Origin: Phycisphaeraceae bacterium
Lineage (GTDB): Bacteria > Planctomycetota > Phycisphaerae > Phycisphaerales > Phycisphaeraceae
Direction: 5' to 3'
DNA: 64,000 bases
NCBI GenBank assembly: GCA_963674705.1
Contig: OY771506.1
Span: forward strand, 2,368,001 to 2,432,000
This document shows positions 28,852 to 39,266 of this stretch, one piece after another. The notes under the pieces were generated by a model. It searched no databases. It was given only the letters and a program-made list of their open reading frames with translations, and was not told the origin of the DNA. Both the position numbers and the translations under genes were made by a program. How positions within the stretch are numbered: position 1 is the stretch's first letter; every line of letters starts with the position of its first letter.

Positions 28852-30048
28852 ATGGCGACATCGGACGACAGCGTAATTCGAAAGGTCAGGCACGCGGCCG
28901 GCCGTCGGTCACGCAACACATCCGGCCCCCGCGTATGCCTGTTCATTTTATTTACTTGCCTTACCGGTTATCCCGCATCAGCAGACGACGTGTTCGTCAA
29001 AGTGATCGCACGGCCCGGCGAGATGACGTCTGCACAGCTTGAAGATGGATGGGTCAGGCCCGCCGCCACTCAGGACGCCGAACCGCGCTGGGGCATCGAG
29101 GACGGGATCCAGTTCGGCATCTGGCCTTCCGGTGGTGGCCCGCGCGGGTTGATCCGTGTCTACGCGCCTTACCTCGGCTTCCCCGATGACCGCGTCGTCA
29201 ACTTCATCGCGATCGAACCGATGAAACGCAACGCCCGTTCCTTTTCAGAACTCGAAAGGAGCTTGCTGGATGACGTCAACGGCCTGCGCTTCTGGAGCGA
29301 AGACTCGATCGAAGCGATCGGCGAACCCAAACTGCCGTGGCGCCCGGCGCAAGGCCAAACCCGCTTGATCCCCGACGCACAAGGCGGACACGTTCAAGCC
29401 CTGACCGTGGTGATCGTGACCGAACGCTTCCGCACCGGCACGCAGGCAGCGGTCGAAGTGACCATCCGTCAAGATCGGCCTCACGAACTGCGCTTGCGAA
29501 CTTTCATACTCGGCAATCAACGCGATATCGATGCGTGCGTGCTCACCGCCACCATGGGTAACTTCATGCGCTTACGCAAACTCTGGCTCCGCGATGAAGT
29601 CGTGACAAGCCACGGCCTATTCCCGAACCACCGCGGCAACAACTTCACGCCGCACCACGCTTTCGACCTCGATCAACTGTTCCGCACGCCCGACGGCGGG
29701 ATGCTGCTTGTCGCGACCCCGGACGAACAAGACCTGACCCAGGCCGTCTACGACCCCGCCGTACACCACGTATGGCGCTACGCAGGCAGGCCCGGCGCGC
29801 AGTATTGGCGCATGCAAAAACAGGACATCACTGAGACCCTGCGCGCCCAGGTCAACGCCCGCTTCACCTACTGGGCCTCAAACGCCCCGATCCCCGGCGG
29901 CGTCAGCTTTGAAAACTTCGAGCTAGTCGATCAATACCACGAAGGCCAAACATTCATCTTCGGCATATCAGATGTGCTGCCCAAAGACGATCTGCACCAC
30001 GCCTATCAGCCATACACCCCGAACCAACCCCGCGGGTTTGATCGATGA
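28852..30048 (+). CDS. Hypothetical secreted protein
   Basis: About 398 aa ORF with host-like codon usage and signal-like segment; no family recognised. Confidence 0.75.
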   Translation: MATSDDSVIRKVRHAAGRRSRNTSGPRVCLFILFTCLTGYPASADDVFVKVIARPGEMTSAQLEDGWVRPAATQDAEPRWGIEDGIQFGIWPSGGGPRGLIRVYAPYLGFPDDRVVNFIAIEPMKRNARSFSELERSLLDDVNGLRFWSEDSIEAIGEPKLPWRPAQGQTRLIPDAQGGHVQALTVVIVTERFRTGTQAAVEVTIRQDRPHELRLRTFILGNQRDIDACVLTATMGNFMRLRKLWLRDEVVTSHGLFPNHRGNNFTPHHAFDLDQLFRTPDGGMLLVATPDEQDLTQAVYDPAVHHVWRYAGRPGAQYWRMQKQDITETLRAQVNARFTYWASNAPIPGGVSFENFELVDQYHEGQTFIFGISDVLPKDDLHHAYQPYTPNQPRGFDR

Positions 30049-30290
30049 TAAAACAACGTGAAACGGGGTATAAACAGGGGCAGAACCCGATATTGTCACA
30101 CCCATAGCCCGTTTAGCTCCGCAGCTTGCTGCGGGCACAGACCGTCCCGGCCTGATCAACAATAAAGTTCGGCTTAACCCGCACCCGGTTATAATGAATC
30201 CACCATGAAGCAACCGGGGAAGTGCTACAACCCGCGCCAGGTAACATCTTCTCCACGCGTCCCATTAATAAGGCAGGAGCGGCCGTCATT

Positions 30291-31313
30291 ATGAATGCAC
30301 GTTTAGTACTGATACTCGCTTTCTATTGTTTATGTGGCTTTGGAGCGGGATGTGATGCGAGGGAAGATGCATCGCTGACTATGGAAGCAGAACCATCCTA
30401 TACAAGTTCCTATGTGATTTCGGACGTGTCAAAGGAACATGCCGCCGCAATCGGGTTGTTTCAATTATACCCATCCGATTTTTCCAAATACTATGAGGTT
30501 TCACTTAAGCCGGCCAGGTTGTTCTGGCTGGAAGATCGTCAATGGCGTGCAATTGAGTTGCCCAGCCCGTCGCCGTTGAATGTTTACTACATGGATAATG
30601 CCTCACACGCGGTCGTGCCGTGCACATCCGGCATATTGATCGTCGATTTGACCCATAAAAAGTCTGACTGGCTCTGGCAGAACGGGGTGCTTAGATCCGT
30701 GAACCAAATGGATCGTAACCGTTCTCATATTGCGGTTGTGGAATACGATGAATTGGAAGAGGGGTTGAGGATTCAACTGATCCGCATTCACGATCGGCGT
30801 GTATGGACCATCCTGATTGATTATTCGCCGACCAGCATATATCTAACGGACAAAACATTGTTGACGCTTGCAGATAAGCAGATACGAACGTACACATGGG
30901 ATGTTCTTCCGGACAATACAGAACTTGCCTTGGATAGCACCGTTAGCAATACCGCCGTCAACGCCGATGAAATAGTAGGCACGATCGATGGGGCGGCCGT
31001 TCTGTTGTCACGTGATGAATTGAGTTTGGTACTGCCCAATCACAGCATAGAATTTAACAACGAAGTCATGGCAACATATGTTGATGACGATCATATCGTC
31101 GCCGCTCTGCAAAACGGCGAGGTGACACAAATCGATGCACGCAGCCACAAACAAAACGATTTATTCACAGTAAATACCGAGATCACCAATGTGGGGGTCA
31201 CCGATACCGGTGTATGGATTGCTTTGGATGATAACACAATTAAATATGTTGATGCTGAAGGCCACACTTCCAGTATGACATTGCCGCCATACCCGCAATT
31301 CACTCTTGAGTAA
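30291..31313 (+). CDS. Hypothetical lipoprotein, beta-rich
   Basis: GAGC lipobox-like; AT-richer than flanks. Confidence 0.7.
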   Translation: MNARLVLILAFYCLCGFGAGCDAREDASLTMEAEPSYTSSYVISDVSKEHAAAIGLFQLYPSDFSKYYEVSLKPARLFWLEDRQWRAIELPSPSPLNVYYMDNASHAVVPCTSGILIVDLTHKKSDWLWQNGVLRSVNQMDRNRSHIAVVEYDELEEGLRIQLIRIHDRRVWTILIDYSPTSIYLTDKTLLTLADKQIRTYTWDVLPDNTELALDSTVSNTAVNADEIVGTIDGAAVLLSRDELSLVLPNHSIEFNNEVMATYVDDDHIVAALQNGEVTQIDARSHKQNDLFTVNTEITNVGVTDTGVWIALDDNTIKYVDAEGHTSSMTLPPYPQFTLE

Positions 31314-31636
31314 GCCGGGTGCCCCGCTTTGACCCGGAGGGCAAAGCGGGATGGTCGAGCAAAACAAGTAGCAACCAGGATGGGCCGCCGTCTTGTAATG
31401 TGGTGCTGAGCGAATCGTACTCCACATAAAAACATCAAAACCAGGCAAGAACACTAATCCCCGCTAATCTACACTAATCTTCTTATTAGCGAAGATTAGT
31501 GTAGATCAGTGTTCCCATCCACGCTCGGCGCGGGTCTTCCGTCTCCGCCGTCACGTTTGACCGAAGGTCTCCAATTAGCAAGTAGGGTAAATGGAGTAAT
31601 GCGACGGCTTCAACAACGCTCAGCGTTATTCCCACC
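31313..31636. repeat. Cluster of four repeat families
   Basis: 31313-31350 (like 12017), 31412-31516 (inverted copy at 37577-37679), 31520-31573 (like 12055), 31594-31636 (direct copy at 32602-32644). Confidence 0.75.
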
Positions 31637-31771
31637 TTCGTTCAGATCGAACGTATAAACGGCTGCCTTTATCAACCCCTTTTCTTCCCCAACAGTAAAG
31701 CGATCCTAATAAACACGCCATCGTGCTCTTATCAGCAACAACACCGTCAGTTGATATTAGAGATGCAACAT

Positions 31772-32524
31772 CTATGTTTTGCTGGCCGCGAGCAATAAAA
31801 CGGGTGGGCGTCTAAGCGTTTCTTCCAGTGAGGGACGCACTGCTAAGTACTCGGGCAACGGTCTGGGTTCGCCGACATGATTGATCCGAAAGCCTGTTGC
31901 CAACAATGTGTTGATGTAGGTCTCAACCGTTCGGTGATACTTCATCACATCGTTTACAAACCAGGATGTTTTGCGTTCGCCCTCCATCTGATATCTGTCC
32001 ACGGGCCAGTGAATACATGTGCCTGATTCATCTTGCACCCATCCTGCCGGGTGCGCTGTGCAGATGGGGTGTTCAACGGAGAATATAAATTGTCCGTTAC
32101 GCTTAAGGGCTTCAAACATTTTACGAACAGCCGCCGCGTAATCGGCAACGTAGTGTAACGCCATCGAAGACACAACCAGATCGTAGGCCTGGCTTTCAGG
32201 TGTGTATGCCTCGATCGAGCCGAGCTGATAATGTATCTGCTCATCCGTCGTTAAGCGGATTGCTTCTGCGATCATCTTTTCCGAGACATCCAACGCTGTA
32301 ACGGATGCCGCCCCTGCATGGCGTGCGTAACGTGCAAAGTCACCGAAGCCACACCCAAGATCAAGAACGGCAAGCCCTGACAGATTAGGCAACTGTGCTT
32401 GAAGCGCAGGCACCTCAAGAGGACCATTCAGCCCCGTGTCATTCTGACGCAGTTCCTTATAGCCCTCATAAAAACGAGGATTATCATAAATATTTTGAGG
32501 CAAATGCTTCTCGACTCGATCCAT
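31772..32524 (-). CDS. Class I SAM-dependent methyltransferase
   Basis: QNIYDNPRFYEGY, VLDLGCGFG, YDLVVSSMALHY, FSVEHPI, KYHRT. Confidence 0.92.
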   Translation of the reverse strand: MDRVEKHLPQNIYDNPRFYEGYKELRQNDTGLNGPLEVPALQAQLPNLSGLAVLDLGCGFGDFARYARHAGAASVTALDVSEKMIAEAIRLTTDEQIHYQLGSIEAYTPESQAYDLVVSSMALHYVADYAAAVRKMFEALKRNGQFIFSVEHPICTAHPAGWVQDESGTCIHWPVDRYQMEGERKTSWFVNDVMKYHRTVETYINTLLATGFRINHVGEPRPLPEYLAVRPSLEETLRRPPVLLLAASKT

Positions 32525-33010
32525 GATAAACGTAATGATCCTCGCTACGAATACCTGTGCAATCTCGGTTATTCACACAGCCTAGTCCGACAGGATGGGT
32601 AGAGCAACGCGACGGCCTCAACAACGCCCAGTGTTATACCCACCGTCAAACAGGTTGATCACGTCATAGCGCAACCCATGGTCGCGGCTTTACAGTTGGT
32701 ATTCTGTCGGGTTTATGTGTTTCGGCCAGGTCGGTCATCTGGCCGGCATCCAGGAATTTACATTCTGTTGACTCGACTCGTGCCGTCGGCGTCTGATCGG
32801 CGCACAATCCCGGCCGTCGGCCCGGTCCGGATCGGGTGACCCGACCGGTTCGACTCGACCTGAAAATGACAAAAATCCGATCACCTTCATCGTGCGCGCG
32901 CGGTCCGATCGCGACAGGGCTGTGCGCCCGTTGAGTGGTGGATAACGGTGCCCGGGGGGTGGCGGGTTTGCCTGGGGCGGGTCGCTCGGGTAGGCGATCA
33001 GGATGTGGAT

Positions 33011-33044
33011 AAAAAAACACCCCCGCGCCGAAGCGCGAGGGCGG
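33011..33044 (-). terminator. Rho-independent terminator of the DUF2617 gene
   Basis: Minus strand CCCTCGCGCTTCGGCGCGGGGG followed by TGTTTTTTT. Confidence 0.7.
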
Positions 33045-33124
33045 CTCAGTGACACTTGGTTGCAGGCTCCGCCCCCGGACCCCCGGCCCCCCGGATGTTC
33101 AACCCCCGACCACGGTCCACTCAA

Positions 33125-33676
33125 TCAGGCGATCGTTTCAAAGATCGACTGGGTACGCAGGACCAGGCCGCTGGAGCCCAGCAGGTGGTAGCTCTGCATG
33201 TGGTATTCACGCTTGTACTTCTGCGTATCGAGCACGGACAGGCAGGCCACGCCGTCGTCGTCGGCATATTCGTGGGCCAGGCTGCCGGTCTCTCGGGCGA
33301 AGTCGCGCATCTCGCGGAGGGTCGCGGCGTAGAGGTTATCCGTCAGGGCCTCGGTCTGTATCGTCGTGACATAGCCGATCTTATCGTCCGGCTTGGGGTC
33401 GTATTCGAACTCTTTTTCACCCAGGCAGGGCAGGGCATGGACCAGGCCATGCTCGGGCAGGTGATCGGCGTTCTCGATCACGGCCTCGGTCAGGACTTCG
33501 CCGGCGTAGGAAAACCGTACCAGGTGCCCTGCGGGGGTGACCCAGTTCTCGGCTTCGTAATCGCCGTGACGGTCGATCCGACGTGCCTGCAGATCAAATA
33601 ACTCCGGGTGCAGTGGTCGGTTATAGACCATCAAACGGAAGGCTTGTGTACTTGCTGATTTATGACTAACGCTCAT
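33125..33676 (-). CDS. DUF2617-family protein
   Basis: YNRPLHPELF, W.TPAGH, C-terminal YH....LVLRTQSIFE, recalled as the planctomycete DUF2617 pattern. Confidence 0.7.
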   Translation of the reverse strand: MSVSHKSASTQAFRLMVYNRPLHPELFDLQARRIDRHGDYEAENWVTPAGHLVRFSYAGEVLTEAVIENADHLPEHGLVHALPCLGEKEFEYDPKPDDKIGYVTTIQTEALTDNLYAATLREMRDFARETGSLAHEYADDDGVACLSVLDTQKYKREYHMQSYHLLGSSGLVLRTQSIFETIA

Positions 33677-33925
33677 CACCGACCCCTGACTTTCTCATGG
33701 GTAAAACAAGGTTCATTTTGTACTAGGAACAACAAACTACTGGGCGGGGGTGTGGGCGGATTATAGCCCGCCAGATGGGGTATTGGAAGCCTTTTTACGT
33801 AAATTTGAACCACTATTTTTTGTGATACCCCCTTGGTTTACAGCCGTTTGGAGCGATGGACCGATAATTCTTACAGCCGAGTTGGCTAACTTAAGGCCTG
33901 ATGGGTATCGGGCGGTGGTGTTTCT

Positions 33926-35902
33926 ATGTCGAAAGTGCAGGAAATACATAACTTCCTACGTGCTAAGGCCGATCCGTGCGTGGACCAGGCCTTCGCGCAG
34001 GCCCTGCCGACTGCCGATCTGACCAGCCTGACATCCATCGCAACGGCCTTGCTGCAGCGTAAACACGCTTTGGGCAATGTCTCATTGATTGAACAATATC
34101 ACCGCCTGCCCGAGTCGACCCAACGGGCCATTCTTCATGATGCACCGGAGCTGACCAAGGCCTTGCGGATCGCGATGAGCGAACACAAAACCGCGGCCCC
34201 GGCCAATGCGCTGCACATCATCCACCAGTCCGGGTCGGTCCGACTCGTCTACCTCATCCCCGATCAGTTGCGCCACGGCCCGTCCAAGCTCAAAGATGAA
34301 GCGGCCAAGTGCTTGTTGGAAATGGCGTTACGTACGACGTCCGAGGGCGCGGGCGGTGGGGCGGCGCTCGATGCGGTGGAGGCGGGCTTTGTCATCACGG
34401 CCGTGCGCGACGCGATACGGTTCTTCGGCCAGCACCAGCGTAAAGATGTGTTGCTAGCGATGTTATCGCTGCCGCTGCATGCAGTTACGCAGTTATTGAA
34501 GTCGCTCGAGCCCTTGGGTAAGGACTGGACACACCCGACGGGCGTCACGCTGACCCGATCCGATACGCTTGCCTCCCGTCAGGCATTGCTGCCGGCCCTG
34601 AGTGTCCAGCCGTTGCACCCGTTTGCACTGGATGGCATACGCATCTGCCAGGATACGCATACACTTGCTGATGCGCTTAAGCACTGGCATTTATTGAAGT
34701 TACGCCGATACCGGATCGCTGTTAAGCGTATCAGAAACAAGGAACAATACATCCCGGATGCTGCCGCGTATAAGGTGGAAGGCCCGGCCGGGCACACCGC
34801 GGGACTGGTCGCCTGGCTGAGCGAGTTACCGATGGAGTCGGCGGCGCTGGTTCGTGAGTTGTCTGCGCTGAACCAGGCAGCAGGCGATTACACCAGGTTG
34901 TTGGCATTACGTAAGTTATTGACGTTAGCGGAAGGTACGAAGCCGGAGGATTCGGTGCATCACGCGATCGCCGGCTACTGCTCCGACAAGTCGCCGCAGA
35001 TCGTCCGCGTCGCGCTGACGCACCTGATCCGCTGTCATTACCCCGACATTACCAAGGTGTTAGCACAATTAGTCAACTCGCCTGATGAGCAGATCCAGCG
35101 GATCGCCGGCAAACGCCTGGCGCCGGTGGCGTTCGCCAAGCTCTGGGATAGCTGGCCTAAACTCAGCCGCGAACAGCAGATAGCCGCCGGCCGAGCGCTG
35201 ATCAAGATCGATCCGAACTTCCACGCCCAGTTGCACGACAAGATGTGCCTGCCCGATCCGGAGCCGAAGATCCGCGCCATGTCGATCATCAGCGAACTGA
35301 ATCAAGGCCTGCTTTTAGAAGATAAACTCCGCCAACTCAGCCGGGACAGCAATCCGCACGTAGTTGCCTCTGCTATCAAGGCTTTAGGTTCCGCCGACCC
35401 GGTGCGTAACATCCCGCTGATCGAACGCGCGCTTGAATCGGATGATGATCGCGTTCGCGCTAACGCGGTCGAAGCATTGGCGAAACTCGGCATCGGCCAG
35501 CACGCTGATCTGTTGGTTCGGATGACGCACGAAACCGAATCGAACCGTACGCGCGCCAATGCGATCCACGCGCTGATGCAGATGCAGGCCGGTGATGCGC
35601 TTCAAGCGTTGTCACGTATGTTAAACGACACGCGCGCAGCGCATCGCGCTTCGGCGTTGTGGCTGGTTGAAGAGATGGGCGTAACGCAGGTTGCGCGCGA
35701 TGTGGCGGAGATGTCGATCAGTGAGCCGGACAAGAACGTTCGTAAGAAAGCGGCGCGCGTGATCAATCACATCATCGATCAGATGACGCAACCGCTTCCG
35801 TTTGAAGTTTCACTTGATGATGAAGAAGGCGGACAAGCGCCTGCACATCAAGTGGCGGCTGCGCCTAAAGCAACGCCTGGTGATAAAGCAGCGGGTAAAT
35901 AA
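33926..35902 (+). CDS. HEAT-repeat protein
   Basis: DDDRVRANAVEAL, NRTRANAIHAL, HRASALWLV, DKNVRKKA repeats. Confidence 0.88.
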   Translation: MSKVQEIHNFLRAKADPCVDQAFAQALPTADLTSLTSIATALLQRKHALGNVSLIEQYHRLPESTQRAILHDAPELTKALRIAMSEHKTAAPANALHIIHQSGSVRLVYLIPDQLRHGPSKLKDEAAKCLLEMALRTTSEGAGGGAALDAVEAGFVITAVRDAIRFFGQHQRKDVLLAMLSLPLHAVTQLLKSLEPLGKDWTHPTGVTLTRSDTLASRQALLPALSVQPLHPFALDGIRICQDTHTLADALKHWHLLKLRRYRIAVKRIRNKEQYIPDAAAYKVEGPAGHTAGLVAWLSELPMESAALVRELSALNQAAGDYTRLLALRKLLTLAEGTKPEDSVHHAIAGYCSDKSPQIVRVALTHLIRCHYPDITKVLAQLVNSPDEQIQRIAGKRLAPVAFAKLWDSWPKLSREQQIAAGRALIKIDPNFHAQLHDKMCLPDPEPKIRAMSIISELNQGLLLEDKLRQLSRDSNPHVVASAIKALGSADPVRNIPLIERALESDDDRVRANAVEALAKLGIGQHADLLVRMTHETESNRTRANAIHALMQMQAGDALQALSRMLNDTRAAHRASALWLVEEMGVTQVARDVAEMSISEPDKNVRKKAARVINHIIDQMTQPLPFEVSLDDEEGGQAPAHQVAAAPKATPGDKAAGK

Positions 35903-35904
35903 GC

Positions 35905-36420
35905 ATGTTTGATATAAGCGTTCCAATCAGTTTACTCGCGCAAACCGCCGCGGATACCTCGGCCCCCCCGGATGCCGCCACGACGGGCACCAGTGTGGCG
36001 CAGCTCAAGGAGATATCCAAGAACCTGAGCAGCGAAGGTTTGATCTCGTCACACTGGTTGATCATCGCGGTCGGCCTGGTCTTGCTGTTATTAAGCACGC
36101 TCTCCATTCTGCAATGGTGGCAGCGCCGCCACGAACAATCACACCCCTGGCTCGTGTACTTAAGCACCGCACGCTTCGCAGGCCTGGGTTTACGACATCA
36201 ATGGGTCCTGCTCTGGGTCGCACGCCAGCAGAAACTGGTTTCACCCATCACACTGATGCTCTCGCCCAGCACGTTTGATATGCATGTCAAAGCGTATCTC
36301 GAATCCCGCTCGGGTATGCGGCAAGAAGGGCTGCGTAGAAAGCTGCAGGAAGTGCGCGATATTCTTTACGGGGATGTAGTCACAGTGAGTCGGGTATTAG
36401 AAGCGGGAAGCGCTGCATAG
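35905..36420 (+). CDS. Single-TM hypothetical protein, co-transcribed with the HEAT gene
   Basis: Starts 2 nt after the HEAT stop; one TM helix. Confidence 0.75.
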   Translation: MFDISVPISLLAQTAADTSAPPDAATTGTSVAQLKEISKNLSSEGLISSHWLIIAVGLVLLLLSTLSILQWWQRRHEQSHPWLVYLSTARFAGLGLRHQWVLLWVARQQKLVSPITLMLSPSTFDMHVKAYLESRSGMRQEGLRRKLQEVRDILYGDVVTVSRVLEAGSAA

Positions 36421-36761
36421 TACTTGTGATTTTAATAGGTCCGGATCCGCCCGGATAAAGCGCGTCGATACTTGGTCAATGTTTTCGACATCAAAGTGTT
36501 GTACCACGGCAAGTAGCGGAAGTGTTTAGCCACAGATGAACACGGATGTACACAGATGTAAAACATGGTGTTGGAAGTGTAGTAGATACATCGGGGTTTA
36601 AGAAGCAAACAACATCTTGAAGTGGGGACGTGTTTGGGAGGAACGAGGATGTGCTAAGCCGCGTGCGACTTTGGGGGAATGGTCTCAGATACTATTGAGT
36701 CAGCACACTTTGTGAGTTCGTGGTCGGGGTACACGGGTAATGCGTTATGATTGTTGTATAA

Positions 36762-37463
36762 ATGCCAGAATTATTTGAAAAACAAACATTCTCGTGGCCA
36801 GTGCGCCACATGCAGGACTGGGTTTTCAGCGACATGGTGTTCCGACGCTGCAGCCTTGATGGTGGTATCGTTTGCGATGATGCTTCGCGTAGAGCGGTTA
36901 TTCGCCATATTGAACTCGATCGTTGTGAGCAGTCGGGAGGCGCTATAACTAAAGGTGTAATATTTGAAGACATTGTTCTGAAAGGAACAAGTCGCTTGCG
37001 TAACGCCATGTTTTATGCGCCCGCACTTAAGCACGTCAAGATATCCGGCAGGATCGATAAGCTCTGGCTCCTAGATCTCTGGAAAGGTGATCCAGGGCAT
37101 CCTCTAAACGCTGAATTCAAGAAGGCTAATGCTGATTATTACAAGCACGTCGACTGGGCGTTAGATCTCAGTGAAGCTGAATTTTCTGGCGAGTGCGACA
37201 TCCGCGGTATACCTTGGCAGCTAATCAAGCGTGATCCGGAGACACAAATAGTAGTTACACGCCAAAAAGCTGAGGCGATGAGCTATGAGTTAGAACAACT
37301 GAATTTGGATCTTACAACATACTGGGGAACTGCTATCCGCTCGATGCTGAAGCGCGGGGATGACGGTGCAGTATTGGTTGCCTCCAAACGATCTAAAAAA
37401 TTTCGTGACTACCTAAAAGGTTTGCACTTATTGCGCCAAGCTGGCATAGCTGAGCCGGATTAA
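36762..37463 (+). CDS. Orphan hypothetical protein (beta-solenoid-like N-terminus; possible immunity protein)
   Basis: 233 aa AT-richer ORF; LKHVKISG..VDWALDLSEAEF..DIRGIP..IKRDPETQ. Confidence 0.7.
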   Translation: MPELFEKQTFSWPVRHMQDWVFSDMVFRRCSLDGGIVCDDASRRAVIRHIELDRCEQSGGAITKGVIFEDIVLKGTSRLRNAMFYAPALKHVKISGRIDKLWLLDLWKGDPGHPLNAEFKKANADYYKHVDWALDLSEAEFSGECDIRGIPWQLIKRDPETQIVVTRQKAEAMSYELEQLNLDLTTYWGTAIRSMLKRGDDGAVLVASKRSKKFRDYLKGLHLLRQAGIAEPD

Positions 37464-37915
37464 TATGTCGGATAGGCTCTGCTCAGATACGAAATCTTAC
37501 CGTTTGGTATTCGTCATGAGTACAAGCGTTTGAAAGACTTCGGTTGGAAGAACCACACCGCGCGGGTCTGGGAATTGGGAACACTGATCTTCACTTATCT
37601 TCGCTGATAAGAAGATTAGTGTGGATTAGAGAGGATTGGTGTTCTATTTGGTTTTAAATTTGTGGAGGAGGATACGATTAGGTGGGGCGGAATGCGCTAA
37701 GCCGCGAGCGGCTTTGGGGGGTGTGTTGTCAGCCATCATTGATCAGGGGCGTGTTTGATGGGCTACGGTCCGATAAGGCCGTGAGGCAGGGGTGTTCATA
37801 TCAATTTGTCTTGTTGTTTATCTTCAATAACTTTATAGTGATATGGGATCGCGCCGAAGCAGGTGTAGGCCAGTATCGATCGTTCGGGAACCAAATCAAT
37901 TGAAAGGGGTCAGTT

Positions 37916-38269
37916 TTGAAACGCACGCACTTCCGGTTGGCAGCATTTGCATCGCTGGTTTTGATGTTGGTGGGGGGGAATGTGTTTGCGGGCTGCACGT
38001 TGATGCTTAGTCATCACTCCACGCTAGATGTGTCGGGCAGCACTTTGTACGATGTGCCGGACGGCACGATATTCACGGTTTATGATACGACTGTTATAAA
38101 CAACACCATTAGCATCTACGATGACGGCGGTGTCGGCATAGTCGATTTGGATGATTGGCTGAACAATTGGAACGCTGGTCCGCCACCGGGAGCGGTGATT
38201 CCCGAGCCGTCCAGTGCGGCGGTGTTGGGTGTGATCGGTGTTGCGGGTGTTTGCCGACGTCGGCGTTAG
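37916..38269 (+). CDS. Minimal PEP-CTERM protein
   Basis: TTG start, signal peptide, DDGGVGIVDLDDWLNNWNAGPPP, IPEPSSAAVLG..RRRR. Confidence 0.7.
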   Translation: MKRTHFRLAAFASLVLMLVGGNVFAGCTLMLSHHSTLDVSGSTLYDVPDGTIFTVYDTTVINNTISIYDDGGVGIVDLDDWLNNWNAGPPPGAVIPEPSSAAVLGVIGVAGVCRRRR

Positions 38270-38411
38270 CTTGCATGCATAGACTCAACAATCTTTTTGC
38301 ATTGTCCGGGCGGGCCCGTGAGACTCGCGCCGAGCGCTGCCCCTCATAACGGGGTCAGACCTCTATATACCTCTGACCACTATGTCCTTTGTATGTTTAA
38401 AGGCTCTATCT

Positions 38412-38831
38412 ATGGTTGACCTGACGCAATCCGATGAATCGCTCGTGATCCGTACCGACTTCAGCGATGATGCGGTTTGGAACGAGTTGAAGTCTGCCAT
38501 CACGCGGGAGGACCCGGTTCACGGCTTTCAAGCTGACGTGGCGTTTGTTGATGATGCGGCGTATGCGGGGTTGACTATCGAGCGCGTGCTTGAGTTGTTC
38601 CCGGAGGATTCTGAGCAGCCGTTTGTGTTCCTGGTTGATGGTGAGGCTATCAGCGGCGCTGAGCATCCTGTCGTGTGTGTTGATCTTTTTGATGAGCGTG
38701 GCCGAACGTTCCGTGTAGTGCCTTCCGAGATGTGGTGTGTCGAGAACAACCTCGCGCTCGCGAACATGGACTTTGCAGAGTTTGCGGACAACGTTGATGA
38801 AGACGGTGTGTTCCGTGGTTTTTCCGGGTAG
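38412..38831 (+). CDS. DUF6924-like protein
   Basis: LVIRTDFSDDAVW..FVDD..RTFRVVP..VENNLALANMDFAEFADNVDEDGVFRGF. Confidence 0.75.
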   Translation: MVDLTQSDESLVIRTDFSDDAVWNELKSAITREDPVHGFQADVAFVDDAAYAGLTIERVLELFPEDSEQPFVFLVDGEAISGAEHPVVCVDLFDERGRTFRVVPSEMWCVENNLALANMDFAEFADNVDEDGVFRGFSG

Positions 38832-38939
38832 CTGTGAAGTGGTCTATTTGCGGACCGAGCAAGCATCATCCGTTTATTGAAAAAAATACGGGGAAGTTTC
38901 CCACAATGATGCCCGCATTTCTTTGTATGTCTGGGTGTC

Positions 38940-39266
38940 TGGAGACCTTCGGTCGGGGGTTGCGGCGGGGTCGGGAGACACGCGCCGAGCGAGCGAGTTT
39001 GTATCCAGACTATTTTTAGCCACAGATGAACACAGATGGAAAACAAGCGTATCCAAGTGGCATCAGATTCATCGCGGTTCGAGAATCTAGAACAAGTATC
39101 TTGATCCAAGATATTCAAAACAGGCTTTTTTCTTATCCGTGTTCATCTGTGTTTATCTGTGGCTAGTTACCTTCATCATTATTAAGTTACAGCATAGATC
39201 GAATTTGTTGCGGGGGGAGAGGGAGTGAGAGCAGGTTGTGATTGATAGGTGCTAAGCCGCAAGCGG
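38940..39266. repeat. Repeat cluster: GGAGACCTTCGG REP, CACAGAT periodic IR, GCTAAGCCGCAAGCGG
   Basis: 38940-38991 is an inverted relative of 12055 and 31520; 39016-39038 and 39135-39165 are IR arms; 39251-39266 is a six-copy motif. Confidence 0.75.

Noticed and set aside
32645..33010. GC-rich gap as tmRNA, RNase P, SRP RNA or a small CDS
   Set aside because: No hallmark motifs found; overlapping ORFs are Pro/Arg-rich without RBS. The region remains unexplained
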